Below are positions 37,840 through 47,950 of a stretch of DNA of 64,000 bases, piece by piece. The position numbers and the translations under genes are program-made. The notes under the pieces were generated by a model, which was given only the letters and a program-made list of their open reading frames with translations, was not told the origin of the DNA and ran no database searches. Every line of letters begins with the position of its first letter. The first letter of the stretch is position 1. Origin of the DNA: Lama guanicoe. Its lineage: Eukaryota. The stretch is taken from positions 1,240,001 through 1,304,000 of the forward strand of contig MU054391.1 in NCBI GenBank assembly GCA_013239625.1, written 5' to 3'.

Positions 37840-38180
37840 CGCTGACCCCGGGCGTTAGTTCGGGGCCTTGGGGGCAGACTGCGGAGTCCGGCTCGGCCCA
37901 GGAGCAGCAGCCCGGGGCTGGCTGAGCGCGCGCTGCGGCCGCGTGGCTGCCCGTGCCCCCCCGTGCCCGGCGCCCCCTCCGCGGCCCTGCGTGGGGAACG
38001 CCGCGGGCAGCCGGCCGCGTCCTGCTGACTGACGGCTGGCTGACTGGCGGGCTGACCTTAAAGGTCTTTGCAGGGATCTAGCATGCAGGACAGCGCCAGC
38101 CGCCTCTAGGACGCAGACTCCTGGTTCTGACTTTCCCCAAGGAGCCGGCTACACCCGGCGGGGGTGCTCCTCCCGGCCCC
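37840..38180. promoter_or_regulatory. CpG-island-like segment
   Basis: Densest CpG/GC stretch seen in the window (GCGCGCGCTGCGGCCGCG, CCGCGG, GCCGGCCGCG); not repeat-derived as far as I can tell. Confidence 0.6.
38077..38097 (+). promoter_or_regulatory. RE1-like motif
   Basis: TCTAGCATGCAGGACAGCGCC: perfect right half GGACAGCGCC, partial left half (AGCA), canonical spacing. Confidence 0.3.
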
Positions 38181-39609
38181 GCCCAGGCTGGAGTGTGACT
38201 TTGACCCCTTCATGCTCGAGGTCTCACCCCTCGCCCCTCCCGCCCTCATGGCCCGCCGTTTGCAAAGCCGACAGAAAGACGGGGCACCGAGGGGCAGCAG
38301 AGCCTGGGCTGTGGCCATCTGTGCTGCCTGCGCTCGCGTCACAGCAGCGCCGTGGTCCCACCGCCTTTGGCACATCCGAGGGGAAGCCGAGCACACTGGG
38401 GAGGACCAGGCCAGGCGTTCCCTGACAAGGAGGCTGTCTCTCTAAGGGCAGGGGAACAAATCAGGGACAATTGTCAACAGCAGCGAATGGCGATTTGCTC
38501 CAATTTTCCCTGTAGTAGTCAGCGTGCAGTGCACCGCTAGCTCCAGCCGTGAATATTTAACAAGCAAGTGTGTCATCAGAACAAGCCCCCACAGCAAAGG
38601 AATTAATATTAATGGGACGAAAATTGAGCCTCCTTTTGAACCCTTGGAGAAGACGGCAGAGGCAGGGATTATGAAAGAACTCCTCCAGCCTCAGAACTGA
38701 CCTTGACCTGGGCAGGGCTCAGCAGGAGGCAGCAGAGAAGCAATTAAATATTCCGCGTGGTTCTCCCCTCAGCCCCACCGGGGGCCTGGGAGATCCAGAC
38801 ATCTTGACATCCTGCAGTTCAAGGCTGATCTGCACGGAGGCTGACAGGTTGAATGAGGAGTGTGGAGGAGCCTTGGGAAAGAGCGGGAGCCAGGAGGCCA
38901 GCGGGGGACTGGAGTTGTCCTGGACCCTAAAGATGGATTCAGACCAGAAGGAGCTGGAGGCTCTTCCAAGCCCCAGTTCTGCAGGTAAGACGTGAGGCTG
39001 GAGGAGTCACCTGCGTCCTCATGCTCTAAGGAGGAGCAGCGTCCACCTTTCTTAACAACAAGCCCAGATCTCTGTAAACGTCTAAATTAGTCCCCGGCAC
39101 AAAGCGGATGCTAAGTAAAGATGCAGTCGCTTCCCCTGGACCTCTCAGCTCTTCCGCAAAAGGAGGGAAGTAGCGGAAGAGCCCTGAGCTCACGCCCTGT
39201 GGTAACATCCAGGCAGCCCCCTCCCCGGCACCAACAGTGTTCAGTAATTCATTTTGGTGGGTTATGGGGCCTTATCTGTAGCCTCTCACTCAGAGGACCC
39301 TAGGAACTCAAGGATCTAAAATCTAGAAAGATTGATAAGATTTAGCTAACGAACATCTGAGCAGCTGACTGACACAAACGGGTCAGGCATTGTCTCCTAG
39401 AGACGCACTGGTGACGTCATGTGCTACTCAAAGGATGAGACCCTCCTGCCGCTGCTCTCTGACTGCTCAGAAATGACCCCTCTAGAACACCAGTTCAGTC
39501 ATAACACTTCCCGGCCTAAAATCCTTCACTGGCGTTCCTTTGGTCTTAGGATAAAATGCACAGTTCTCACTGTCACCCCCAGTTCTCACTGTCCAGCTTC
39601 TCCCCGTGA

Positions 39610-40040
39610 CGGAGCAGCCACTGCAGCCTCACAAACCATCCAAGGTTTACTAGAGTCAGAGAACAGCGCTCTCTCATTTCCACCTGAGGCTGAGAGTCGG
39701 CTGGGCCGCTCTGACGAGGGCCAGGCTCGGCCGGTCCCAGGGGGCTCAGGCGTGACTCTGTGCCAGTTGGTGGTCAGCTGGGGACTGGCTGGTCCAGGAT
39801 GGCTCTGGCTTGTATGCCTGGGCTTGTTCATGGGGCTGTGGGGGAACTAAAAGAGATGGAGAGAGATGGGAGAGACACAAAGGGACAGAGAGAGACAGAG
39901 ACATAGAGAGGGAGGAGGAAACACTGCGGCCTCTTGGGTTGTGGCCACTGTCCCCACATTCGGAAGGTCAAGCAGCCCAGCCCAGATGTGGGGCAGGGGC
40001 AGGATGAAGGACGTAGACTCCGACTCTAGGAAGAGGTCAG
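39610..40040 (-). mobile_element. MLT1 (MaLR) LTR, degenerate
   Basis: ACAAACCATCC...GTCGGCTGGGC...GGTCAGCTGGGGACTGGCTGGTCCAGGATGGC...CAGCCCAGATG...GTAGACTCC resembles antisense MLT1F/G. Confidence 0.5.
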
Positions 40041-40159
40041 AGTGAGGAGGCCGTACCTGCAGGAAGGGGTGGGAACTGGGGAGGAGTCCACGATCAGCCT
40101 CCCCCCACACTTGGCACCTGCACCTGCACCTGCACGCCGGCCCGCCGCCATCAAGCCAC

Positions 40160-40570
40160 CTTCTCTCTGCCTCTCCTTCCGCCTGAGAACCTTGGTGCGT
40201 TGCCGCGCGTGCCTGTAAGACCCCTTCTACACCCGCCCCTGGCACACCCGCCCTTCTCACGGGGCTCGCTCCCATCGCCCCTCCCGCCGCTGAAGGACTG
40301 ACTGCCTCAGGGAAGCTCCCAGGGCTGCCCTGGGTCTGGGTGGGCCCCTGCTCTTCTGCCCTGAAGAGCGAGATAGCTGGTTCCTTCCCAGAACTTCGCA
40401 GAACTCTCCTCGCTTACTTACTTGTAGAATCGCGCGTTCCCTGTCCGTCCACCAGGATGCAAGCTCCAGGGAGGGAGGGGCCCTGTGGGCCTGGGCCCCA
40501 GCTCTTCAGACAATACCTGGCATGTAAGAGCTCGATAAATACTTTGACTACAATTGCATGAATCAATAGA
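40160..40570 (+). mobile_element. LINE-2 3' end
   Basis: CCACCAGGATGCAAGCTCCAGGGAGGG...ACAATACCTGGCATGTAAGAGCTCGATAAATACTTTG...ATGAAT is the L2 terminus. Confidence 0.6.
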
Positions 40571-40809
40571 GCAAAGACACGGCTTAGCACAGTAGATAAT
40601 AAACTGTTCTTATTTTGGTTGGTGGCTCACCTGCTGTTTTTTATCTTTGCTCTTCTGAGCCACTTCTCCTCGGAGCAAGCGAGACATTCCAGCATGATCC
40701 CTTTTTAAGGATTTTATTCAACACAGCTCTATTGGTTGTTCACGATCTTACACCCGGCTGCACTGATGCCCAGGGATGTGGGCCAGTGTGGACGATGGTG
40801 AGCGGTGCC

Positions 40810-40950
40810 TTAGAATCTGCAGCCCTGAGTGTTAGTGCAGGTCAGGCCCGTCACTGGCTGTGACTATTGGAGAGGGCTCTCCCCTTCCCTTGAGCCTCAG
40901 GTTCCCCCCCAAAGGGGAATAAAAGTGGTGGCTCTCAGGGTTGGGTGATG
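40810..40950 (+). mobile_element. MIR SINE fragment
   Basis: CTGGCTGTGAC...TGAGCCTCAGGTTCCCC...AAAGGGGAATAA. Confidence 0.4.
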
Positions 40951-42364
40951 ACTAACTCTTCTATGTGGCAGGTAATCAGTTGGGGTGAGCTCCCTTCTCC
41001 CCGGCCCATCTTTATTTTCTTGACTTTCTCAGGGGAGGACAGCAGCACGCAGGAAACGCTCGGTTTACAGCTGGGGAATTAAACTCCGGGCTCTCTGCTG
41101 TTAATGGAAATGGAGGAGCCAGGGGCGCCCGTTTGGAAGGAATGAAGGTCAGCTCAGCTTTGGGCGGCGGGTGGGAGGCACAGACCCCGGGCACACGGGC
41201 TATGATTCCAGGAGCAGGTCAGGGCCCCACGGACAGACCTCTGAGGAGCCCACCCGGGTGACAGTCGGGTCAGGACTGACACCAAAGGTGGGACAAACGC
41301 AGAATTTTCTGTGGCCTGATTTCTTGACCATAAAAGGGAGAGAAACAGGAGTGGGAAGCTCGCGTGAATGAACGTCTCTGCCGTCTTCCGGGGCCAGTGT
41401 CCCTAAGGAAATTCTGGCACGTCAGGGGCTGGCTTTGAGTCCCCTCTGGGGCTCCGATCTCCAGGTGGGGAAGGAGTCCTGACTTTACAGACTTGGGGCT
41501 GCAGGGAGCTTCCTTGACCCTGTCTGCTCTGGGTGGGGGAGGGGGCGCTCCAACAGTGTGGACCCAAAGGCAGCAGGGGCACGCAGGGGTCGCCCCAGTG
41601 AGGCCTGATGTCTGGGGCGGTCAGGCCTGTGCGTGCCCGGTGCTGAGAACTGGACCAGTTGAAGAGTGGACACTCCTCCAAGGTCGGCGTGGAAAGCAGG
41701 TGTCAGGACTGTCACTGGTGAGCGAAGATGGACGTCCTGCATGTTGTCAGCTCCAGCACATGACACTGATTTCTTAGAAGAGTCAATGAATAAAGAAGCT
41801 GACCAGGAATTGCTACGATTTTTCAGTAAAACAGATTTTGCTGGAAATTATGACCCTGCTTTTGAGCAGCTTTGAGATTCGGTAGATCATCAGACTTCTC
41901 AAAACAGTAACGCCCTTGTCTTAAAACCAGGGCAGGTGCACCTGGGCCCGAGGGGTCGTGAGGAAGAAGGTGGGAGACGTGGTCCAAGCACCCAGGGAGG
42001 ACTCCACATGTCGATGACACGCAATGAACACCAGGCTGCTCCACACTTTAGATGAGCATTTAGTCGACACCACTCCAGGAGCTAAACTCGGAGGAGTCGG
42101 AGGTGTCCGAAGAGAGCTTGGCCTTTCTTTCCATGGGGTCCTGGCCTTCTGTGGGGGCCCCTGGGTTTGCCAGGGTCCCAGGCAGGCATACTTCATCTCA
42201 GGAGGACGCAAGTCCCCATTAATTACCCCTGGGGTGGGACCTGGGGCAGTCAGCAAAGGCCCCTCCGCCCCTGGGGCCGGGCCGAGCTTCCCCCCGACGA
42301 GCCAGGCCAGCGGGACGCCGCAGCCGGCAGCCCCGGCCCCACCTGCTCCGGCCGAGCAGCTCAG

Positions 42365-42420
42365 GGCAGCTTGCACAGTCTCTCTGAGCCTCCGTTTCCT
42401 CATTTGTAGAACGGAGCATC
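42365..42420 (+). mobile_element. MIR core
   Basis: TCTCTCTGAGCCTCCGTTTCCTCATTTGTAGAACGG. Confidence 0.6.
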
Positions 42421-43513
42421 AGTGGCTTTCTGTGAAACCCGAATCCTCATGGGTCGGGCGCCTGGCGGAGAGGGGACCACGGTAATGGCAGGCCCTGTGC
42501 CTCCCTCGCCTGGGCAGGCCAGCTCCAGGGCCCTCCATCCTGCAGCTCGGAGACCTGCCCTGCCTCTGCCCACTGGAGGACAGTACGAAGCTGTCACTGC
42601 GCAAGCCCCGCGTGAGGAGGGAGTGGCCCCGCTGGCTGAGGTTCCTAACTGCCAGGTCTGCTTTGCCCCAGGCGGGTCCACGCTGCGGTGTCTCCTTCAG
42701 GGGTGTTGTTCAAGGACACCCAGTGTCCTCAAAACCAGCCAGAGCCCGGCCATCCCGACGAGCGTCCAGGTGTTGGGAGAGACGGCCAAGCAGGGAGGAC
42801 GCTCTGGCTGGAGCACGAGGCAAGGTGGACAGGAGCTGATGACCCAGCCAGCTGCTGGGCGCGTCAGGAAGGTAGGACCCAGGAGGCCCCACGTGGGCTC
42901 AGAGCCCACTCTCAGAAGTGGGGGGACACCCCGGCAACTGGGGGGCTGAGGGCCCGGCTCCGCAGTGAGGGGCTGAGCCCCAGCACTTACTGTGCCATCC
43001 TGCCAGGCTGCCCGTGTTCACCTGCATGAGGTCCAGGGGCTCCAAGTCTGCGGGGAGGGAAGATGGGGGCCCCTGCATGGCACCCCCGCCAGCACAAGCT
43101 TCGCCTCCTCGCTGTCTGTGGCCGGGCTAGGTGGTCACAGGGCCCAGGGCCTCTGGAACAGTTCAGCCACCTTGACCCTCGGCCACGGGAGGCCTCCGTG
43201 TCACCAGCTCATGGAGGTGGCAGTGAGGTTCTGACTGGCTCCCAGGAGGGCAGCCAGGAACTCCATGAGGCAGGGAGCCCAAGAGCCCCGTGCCTCTGGC
43301 TGTGCCCCCCCACCGGACCTCCCAGGGCTTGGGAGCGGCTGGAGCCTGTGGCCCCATCCCTGGGAAATCAGCCGAGATCCACACGGTGGGGCCTTTTCTC
43401 ACTGAATGCGCAAGCATCACAGTGCCCTGTCCTGACGCTCTGCATGGCGGGCATGTGGATTCCGCCTGCTGGAGTCACGGTTGGCTTGGGTCTTCGTGGT
43501 TCTTCACTGGTGA

Positions 43514-43575
43514 GTGTGTGTGTGTGTGTGTGTGCGCACCTGTGAGCGTGTGTTTGTGTGTATATGTGTATGTGC
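43514..43575. repeat. (GT)n microsatellite with degenerate extension
   Basis: (GT)10 at 43514-43533 followed by TG-rich sequence. Confidence 0.9.
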
Positions 43576-44036
43576 TTGTGGAGGGTGGTGTCCAGGGCAG
43601 ACAAGGAACAGCTAGTCAAGCTTTATTGGGTGAACTGAGTTGCCCAACCTGAACTTAGGTGCCATTGTGCTCAGCTACAAGCTGACCTCGTGCAAGAAGG
43701 AAAGAGAGAGAAAGGAACATGGTGGAACATTCCATACCAAACACTCTAGCCACATAATCTCCTGTAACCTCCTGCGAACCTGGGAGACACACACCACGTG
43801 ACCTGCCTCATATTCCAGCTCGGAGATTCCAACTAATGAACTGGCAGGTCCCCGCATGCCTGTGACGGTGGCGTCTGGGCTCAGGTCTCCAGGAGGCAGA
43901 GGATTAATTTGGTGACACGGCCAAGAAGATGAGTGTGAGGGGAAGACGAGGAAAGGGGGGGCAGCGTGGAGATGGGGAAGAAGCAAGATGCATCTGAGAA
44001 AACGCATCCCTCGATCCCGCCTGCTCACCTGGCTCC

Positions 44037-44050
44037 GTCACCATAGAAAC
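44037..44050 (+). promoter_or_regulatory. RFX X-box motif
   Basis: GTCACCATAGAAAC fits GTYNCCATRGNAAC. Confidence 0.4.
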
Positions 44051-44439
44051 AGACGAGCTTCTGGATCTTTCTCACATACAATGCACACGACTGAGCAGTA
44101 GCAGGCACTGGAAGTCACAAGGTCAGGGCTGCAGGGAGCAGCCAGCTGCGTCCTTTTGGGGAGCTGTGCACTGCGAGGGCTGCAGACAGGAGCACGGGGT
44201 CTCCCCAGGGGCAGATCCCCCCGGAGGGGCCGCCCAGACAGCCATTGACAGGACCCAGCACGGTGCAGAGAGCCAGCGGATCAAAACCAGCGGGGAGGTG
44301 GGCGTGGGGTGGGCCGGGGGGCTGCCTGGGATGGGAGACCACAGGCGGGCCGGGAGGGTCCAGGACCAGGGTGGAGCCCCGTTCCTGGGAGTTCCAGGGG
44401 TTGGACCTGCGGCCGCTGCTTGAACACAGTGATGTGGGT

Positions 44440-44941
44440 TGTCAGCATCCAGAAAACAAGGACATAACCAAGTATTTACTAATAACGCCACAGAGAGCAA
44501 GGGAAAGGCGTGCAGGGCCCGACACACACATCGTCAGCTCAAAGACGCCAGTGCGCAAAGGCTGCAGCCGCACGATTCCCGCCACGTGACGCCCTAGAAA
44601 AGGCAAACACGGAGACAGGGACAGGGCAGCGGTTGCTGGGGGCGGGGGAGGGCGGTGGTGGATGGTCCGAGCTGGGAGGAAACCTCTCTGCAGAAACTAT
44701 AAACCTGACAACAGGCCTCCGTCAAAACCCAACCAGCGGAGAGTAAACCCCGACGCGCACACCGCGGACCCAGCGGATCATCGCGTATCGACGTCCGCTG
44801 GTCAGCTGTAGCAAAGCCAGCGGCCAAGGCGGGATGTTAGTAACGGCGGAGCTTGGGTGCGGGTCACGCGAGAATTCTCCGTCCCTCGGACTCAGTTTCC
44901 CTGTAAACTTGACACTGCCCCAGAAAGTCTACTAGTTAAAA
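44440..44941 (+). mobile_element. Old LINE-1 3' end (L1MC/L1MD-like), GC-shifted
   Basis: GAAAAGGCAAAC...CAGCGGTTGCTGGGG...TCAAAACCCA...GGGATGTT...GAATTCTC...CTCAGTTTCCCTGTAAACT...AAAGTCTA follow the recalled L1MC1-type 3' UTR. Confidence 0.6.
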
Positions 44942-45135
44942 CATTACATAGAGCAGAATTTAATTTTGCTGATGATAAAAGAAATGTTCACATATTGAGA
45001 CATAGGAAAGTCATTCCAGTTTATTCACTGGAATTTGATGCTAAGCAGCTGGTTTGTGGCCCCTCAAACATACACTGTCCACCTGCTTTGATTATTAAAG
45101 CAAAGGGCACGTTGACCAGAAGTAAAGAAGGTCCG

Positions 45136-45461
45136 TGTTAAAAATGAAGATGAAAGGCCCCCCTTCCGTGACTCCGGGGCTGGGCCTCCTCTGCAGGTGG
45201 GGCCCCTCCCGGGTGTCAGGGCCGCGCTGGCTCGCTGGGTGCTGTCTGTTCTTTTTTTTTTTTTTGAAACCTTGAAGAAACGTAACCCTGACTTGTTAAG
45301 TGCTCTTTGTTCTGACAAGATAGAAAACAGCGCTGGAAACCCTGCTTCTCCGGAGCAGCTTCTCAGAGTCACCTGGGAAGCGGGATTCCAGGCTGGGCCT
45401 CAGTTTGGCTCAAATAAAACTCTTTTCTATTCTTATCATTGTTTATTGATTTTCATTAACA
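45136..45461 (+). mobile_element. ERV1-type solo LTR
   Basis: TGTTAA...TTAACA inverted termini (TG...CA), GGAGCAGCTTCTCAGAG motif and AATAAA at 45413-45418; no clear TSD. Confidence 0.7.
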
Positions 45462-45462
45462 C

Positions 45463-46712
45463 TGGTAATTGAGTGTTTTGGGGGGAAATGCAGCCTTTTT
45501 CTTCCATCGCCCCGACCACCACCCACGGGAGCGAAGGAGGCAGTGACTCGGGGTCTGGGGGGGCCTGGGGCTCTCTCCTCTCCACTTGGCTAAACCACTA
45601 CGACCACCGCCCGCTGGTTTTCCGCCAGCACCTTAACTGAAGTTCTTGTCCTCGGATGTGAGTGTGTCAACTTTGTGCCGGCAGGAGGAAGGCATTTCTG
45701 TTTGCTAACTCCCTAAGTGCTCCTGTTACCCCAGCAGGCTGGTTCCGAGAGTGTGGCAAAGGTGAGACCTCAACCCCAGGCCCAGGTCTGCTCAGTGGAC
45801 CCCCTCCCCAAGCCAGCCACTCCTCCCAAGTCCACGTCCAGGCTCCCTGGGGCAGGCGTGGCTCTGCCTGGCAGCCCTGCAGCGTTTCCACCACCCAGGC
45901 ATCCTGGTTCTCTCAGAACTACCTTCCCCACAGCACTGCCCGCTCTCCATCTCCCCCTGCCGGTTGCTGCGTCCACATGAGCCCCCCGACCGCTCCCTCA
46001 GCTGCCCTGGCCCGGTGCTGCCTTGGTGCCCGTCCACCCCACCCCCCTCGCCCCCGCCTCCCCACCCACTTCCCTCGGAACTCCCCATGGTAATTGAGTG
46101 TTTTGGGGGGAAATGCAGCCTTTTTCTTCCATCGCCCCGACCACCACCCACGGGAGCGAAGGAGGCAGTGACTCGGGGTCTGGGGGGGCCTGGGGCTCTC
46201 TCCTCTCCACTTGGCTAAACCACTACGACCACCGCCCGCTGGTTTTCCGCCAGCACCTTAACTGAAGTTCTTGTCCTCGGATGTGAGTGTGTCAACTTTG
46301 TGCCGGCAGGAGGAAGGCATTTCTGTTTGCTAACTCCCTAAGTGCTCCTGTTACCCCAGCAGGCTGGTTCCGAGAGTGTGGCAAAGGTGAGACCTCAACC
46401 CCAGGCCCAGGTCTGCTCAGTGGACCCCCTCCCCAAGCCAGCCACTCCTCCCAAGTCCACGTCCAGGCTCCCTGGGGCAGGCGTGGCTCTGCCTGGCAGC
46501 CCTGCAGCGTTTCCACCACCCAGGCATCCTGGTTCTCTCAGAACTACCTTCCCCACAGCACTGCCCGCTCTCCATCTCCCCCTGCCGGTTGCTGCGTCCA
46601 CATGAGCCCCCCGACCGCTCCCTCAGCTGCCCTGGCCCGGTGCTGCCTTGGTGCCCGTCCACCCCACCCGCCTCGCCCCTGCCTCCCCACCCACTTCCCT
46701 CCAAACTCCCCA
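45463..46712. repeat. 625-bp direct tandem duplication
   Basis: 45463-46087 repeats at 46088-46712; ORFs recur at +625 offset; only 4 substitutions seen. Confidence 0.97.
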
Positions 46713-47599
46713 GTCCCCACAGCAGGATGCTCAGTGCTCACTCCTGTGGGGCGCAGGACGCTGCTCCTTCCAGGCAAGCAGACGTGGGCCCCCAGGCTCG
46801 TCCTCTCCTCCTGCCACAGTCACTGGACTCCTGCCGTGGCAGAATCACAGGCCAGGAGCCGTGGAGTCTGAGGAGGAAGGCAGTTCCGCCCGACTCCCCG
46901 CCGCACCTAATCTGTGATCTAACCGTACTAATTAGACATAAGCCATCAAACACGACATCATCTCAACCTACGCAGTTTATAACATGTGCTTCAAAACTGT
47001 ATTTGTAACATGTCCACGGGCTTATTCGCTGTAAAATACAGTATCGAATTTCATCATACAGAGAACGTAGACGTTTGGCTGGAGAACAGAGAAAGCGTAG
47101 CTGACTTTGTTTTCTGTAAACTGAGGCGCACGCGCACCCTCATCGCCAAGAGTGTTCCCGCTCCCGACGTCAGTTTCCCGACATCAGTGAGCCTCTTCGA
47201 GTGGCCGCGTCATCACTTGCCATTGGAGCGTCACACAACCTGTCACGTGCCCCGGGTATTGTGACTGTGTGGTCCTTGTGGGTCTTTGCAGCCCCCCCGT
47301 GGTGTTTGCTCGGCGAGGGGCTGGGACTGGGGCCCTGGCTCAGTCTCTGCGTCTCCTCTTCTGTCCACAGTGCTCACTGCCTCCCTCACTGGCTGTGGGA
47401 CCCTGAGCAAGCCTTTCCCCTCACCAGGAACCATGGGACACCTTGCGTGTGAATCAGGAAGGCACCCTCTGCTCCAAGACTGGGAGGAGGTGAGGAACAC
47501 ATCACAGCTGTTGCCACCACGACTAGAGGAGGAAAGGCCCCCGTGAGGAGCTGCCCTGCGTGCTCCAGGACAGCAGGTGGCCATCCTCGCTGCAGAGGG

Positions 47600-47950
47600 T
47601 GGCCAGAGGGAGAGGCGTGGATGGGTCTGAGACCAGAGGGCCGGACCGCAAGGGCTTGCAGCCTCGGGATTTGCTCTGCTGTCTGTGCATGAGACGGGAG
47701 CCCTAGGGGGTGCCCTGCAGTGCAGTGACAGATGTACCGTGGGTTCTACAGGGTCCCTCTGAGCGCTGGCAGCGACGTCACCAGGTGGAAAGAGTTGAAG
47801 CTGGCAGACAAGCCTGGACAATTGTCGGCTGTCCTGGTGCTGATGGAGGCGCTGACCACGGTGCTGACTCACAGGCGGCGCGGATTTGCACGTATGGCCT
47901 GATGTTGAAGATGGAGCCCAGAGGATTTCCAGATGAACTGGAGGTGGCTT
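47600..47950 (-). mobile_element. LINE-2 fragment
   Basis: GAGACGGGAGCC...GCAGTGACAGATG...TGTTGAAGATGGAGCCCAGAGGATTTCCAGATGAACTGGAGGTGG is typical antisense L2. Confidence 0.5.

Noticed and set aside
39392-39450. MHC class II SXY module
   Set aside because: X1-X2 spacing differs and there is no downstream Y (ATTGG) box
41760-41875. Protein-like peptide DTDFLEESMNKEADQELLRFFSKTDFAGNYDPAFEQL
   Set aside because: Short AT-rich stretch; peptide not recognised; only a weak possible acceptor and no supporting exon partners
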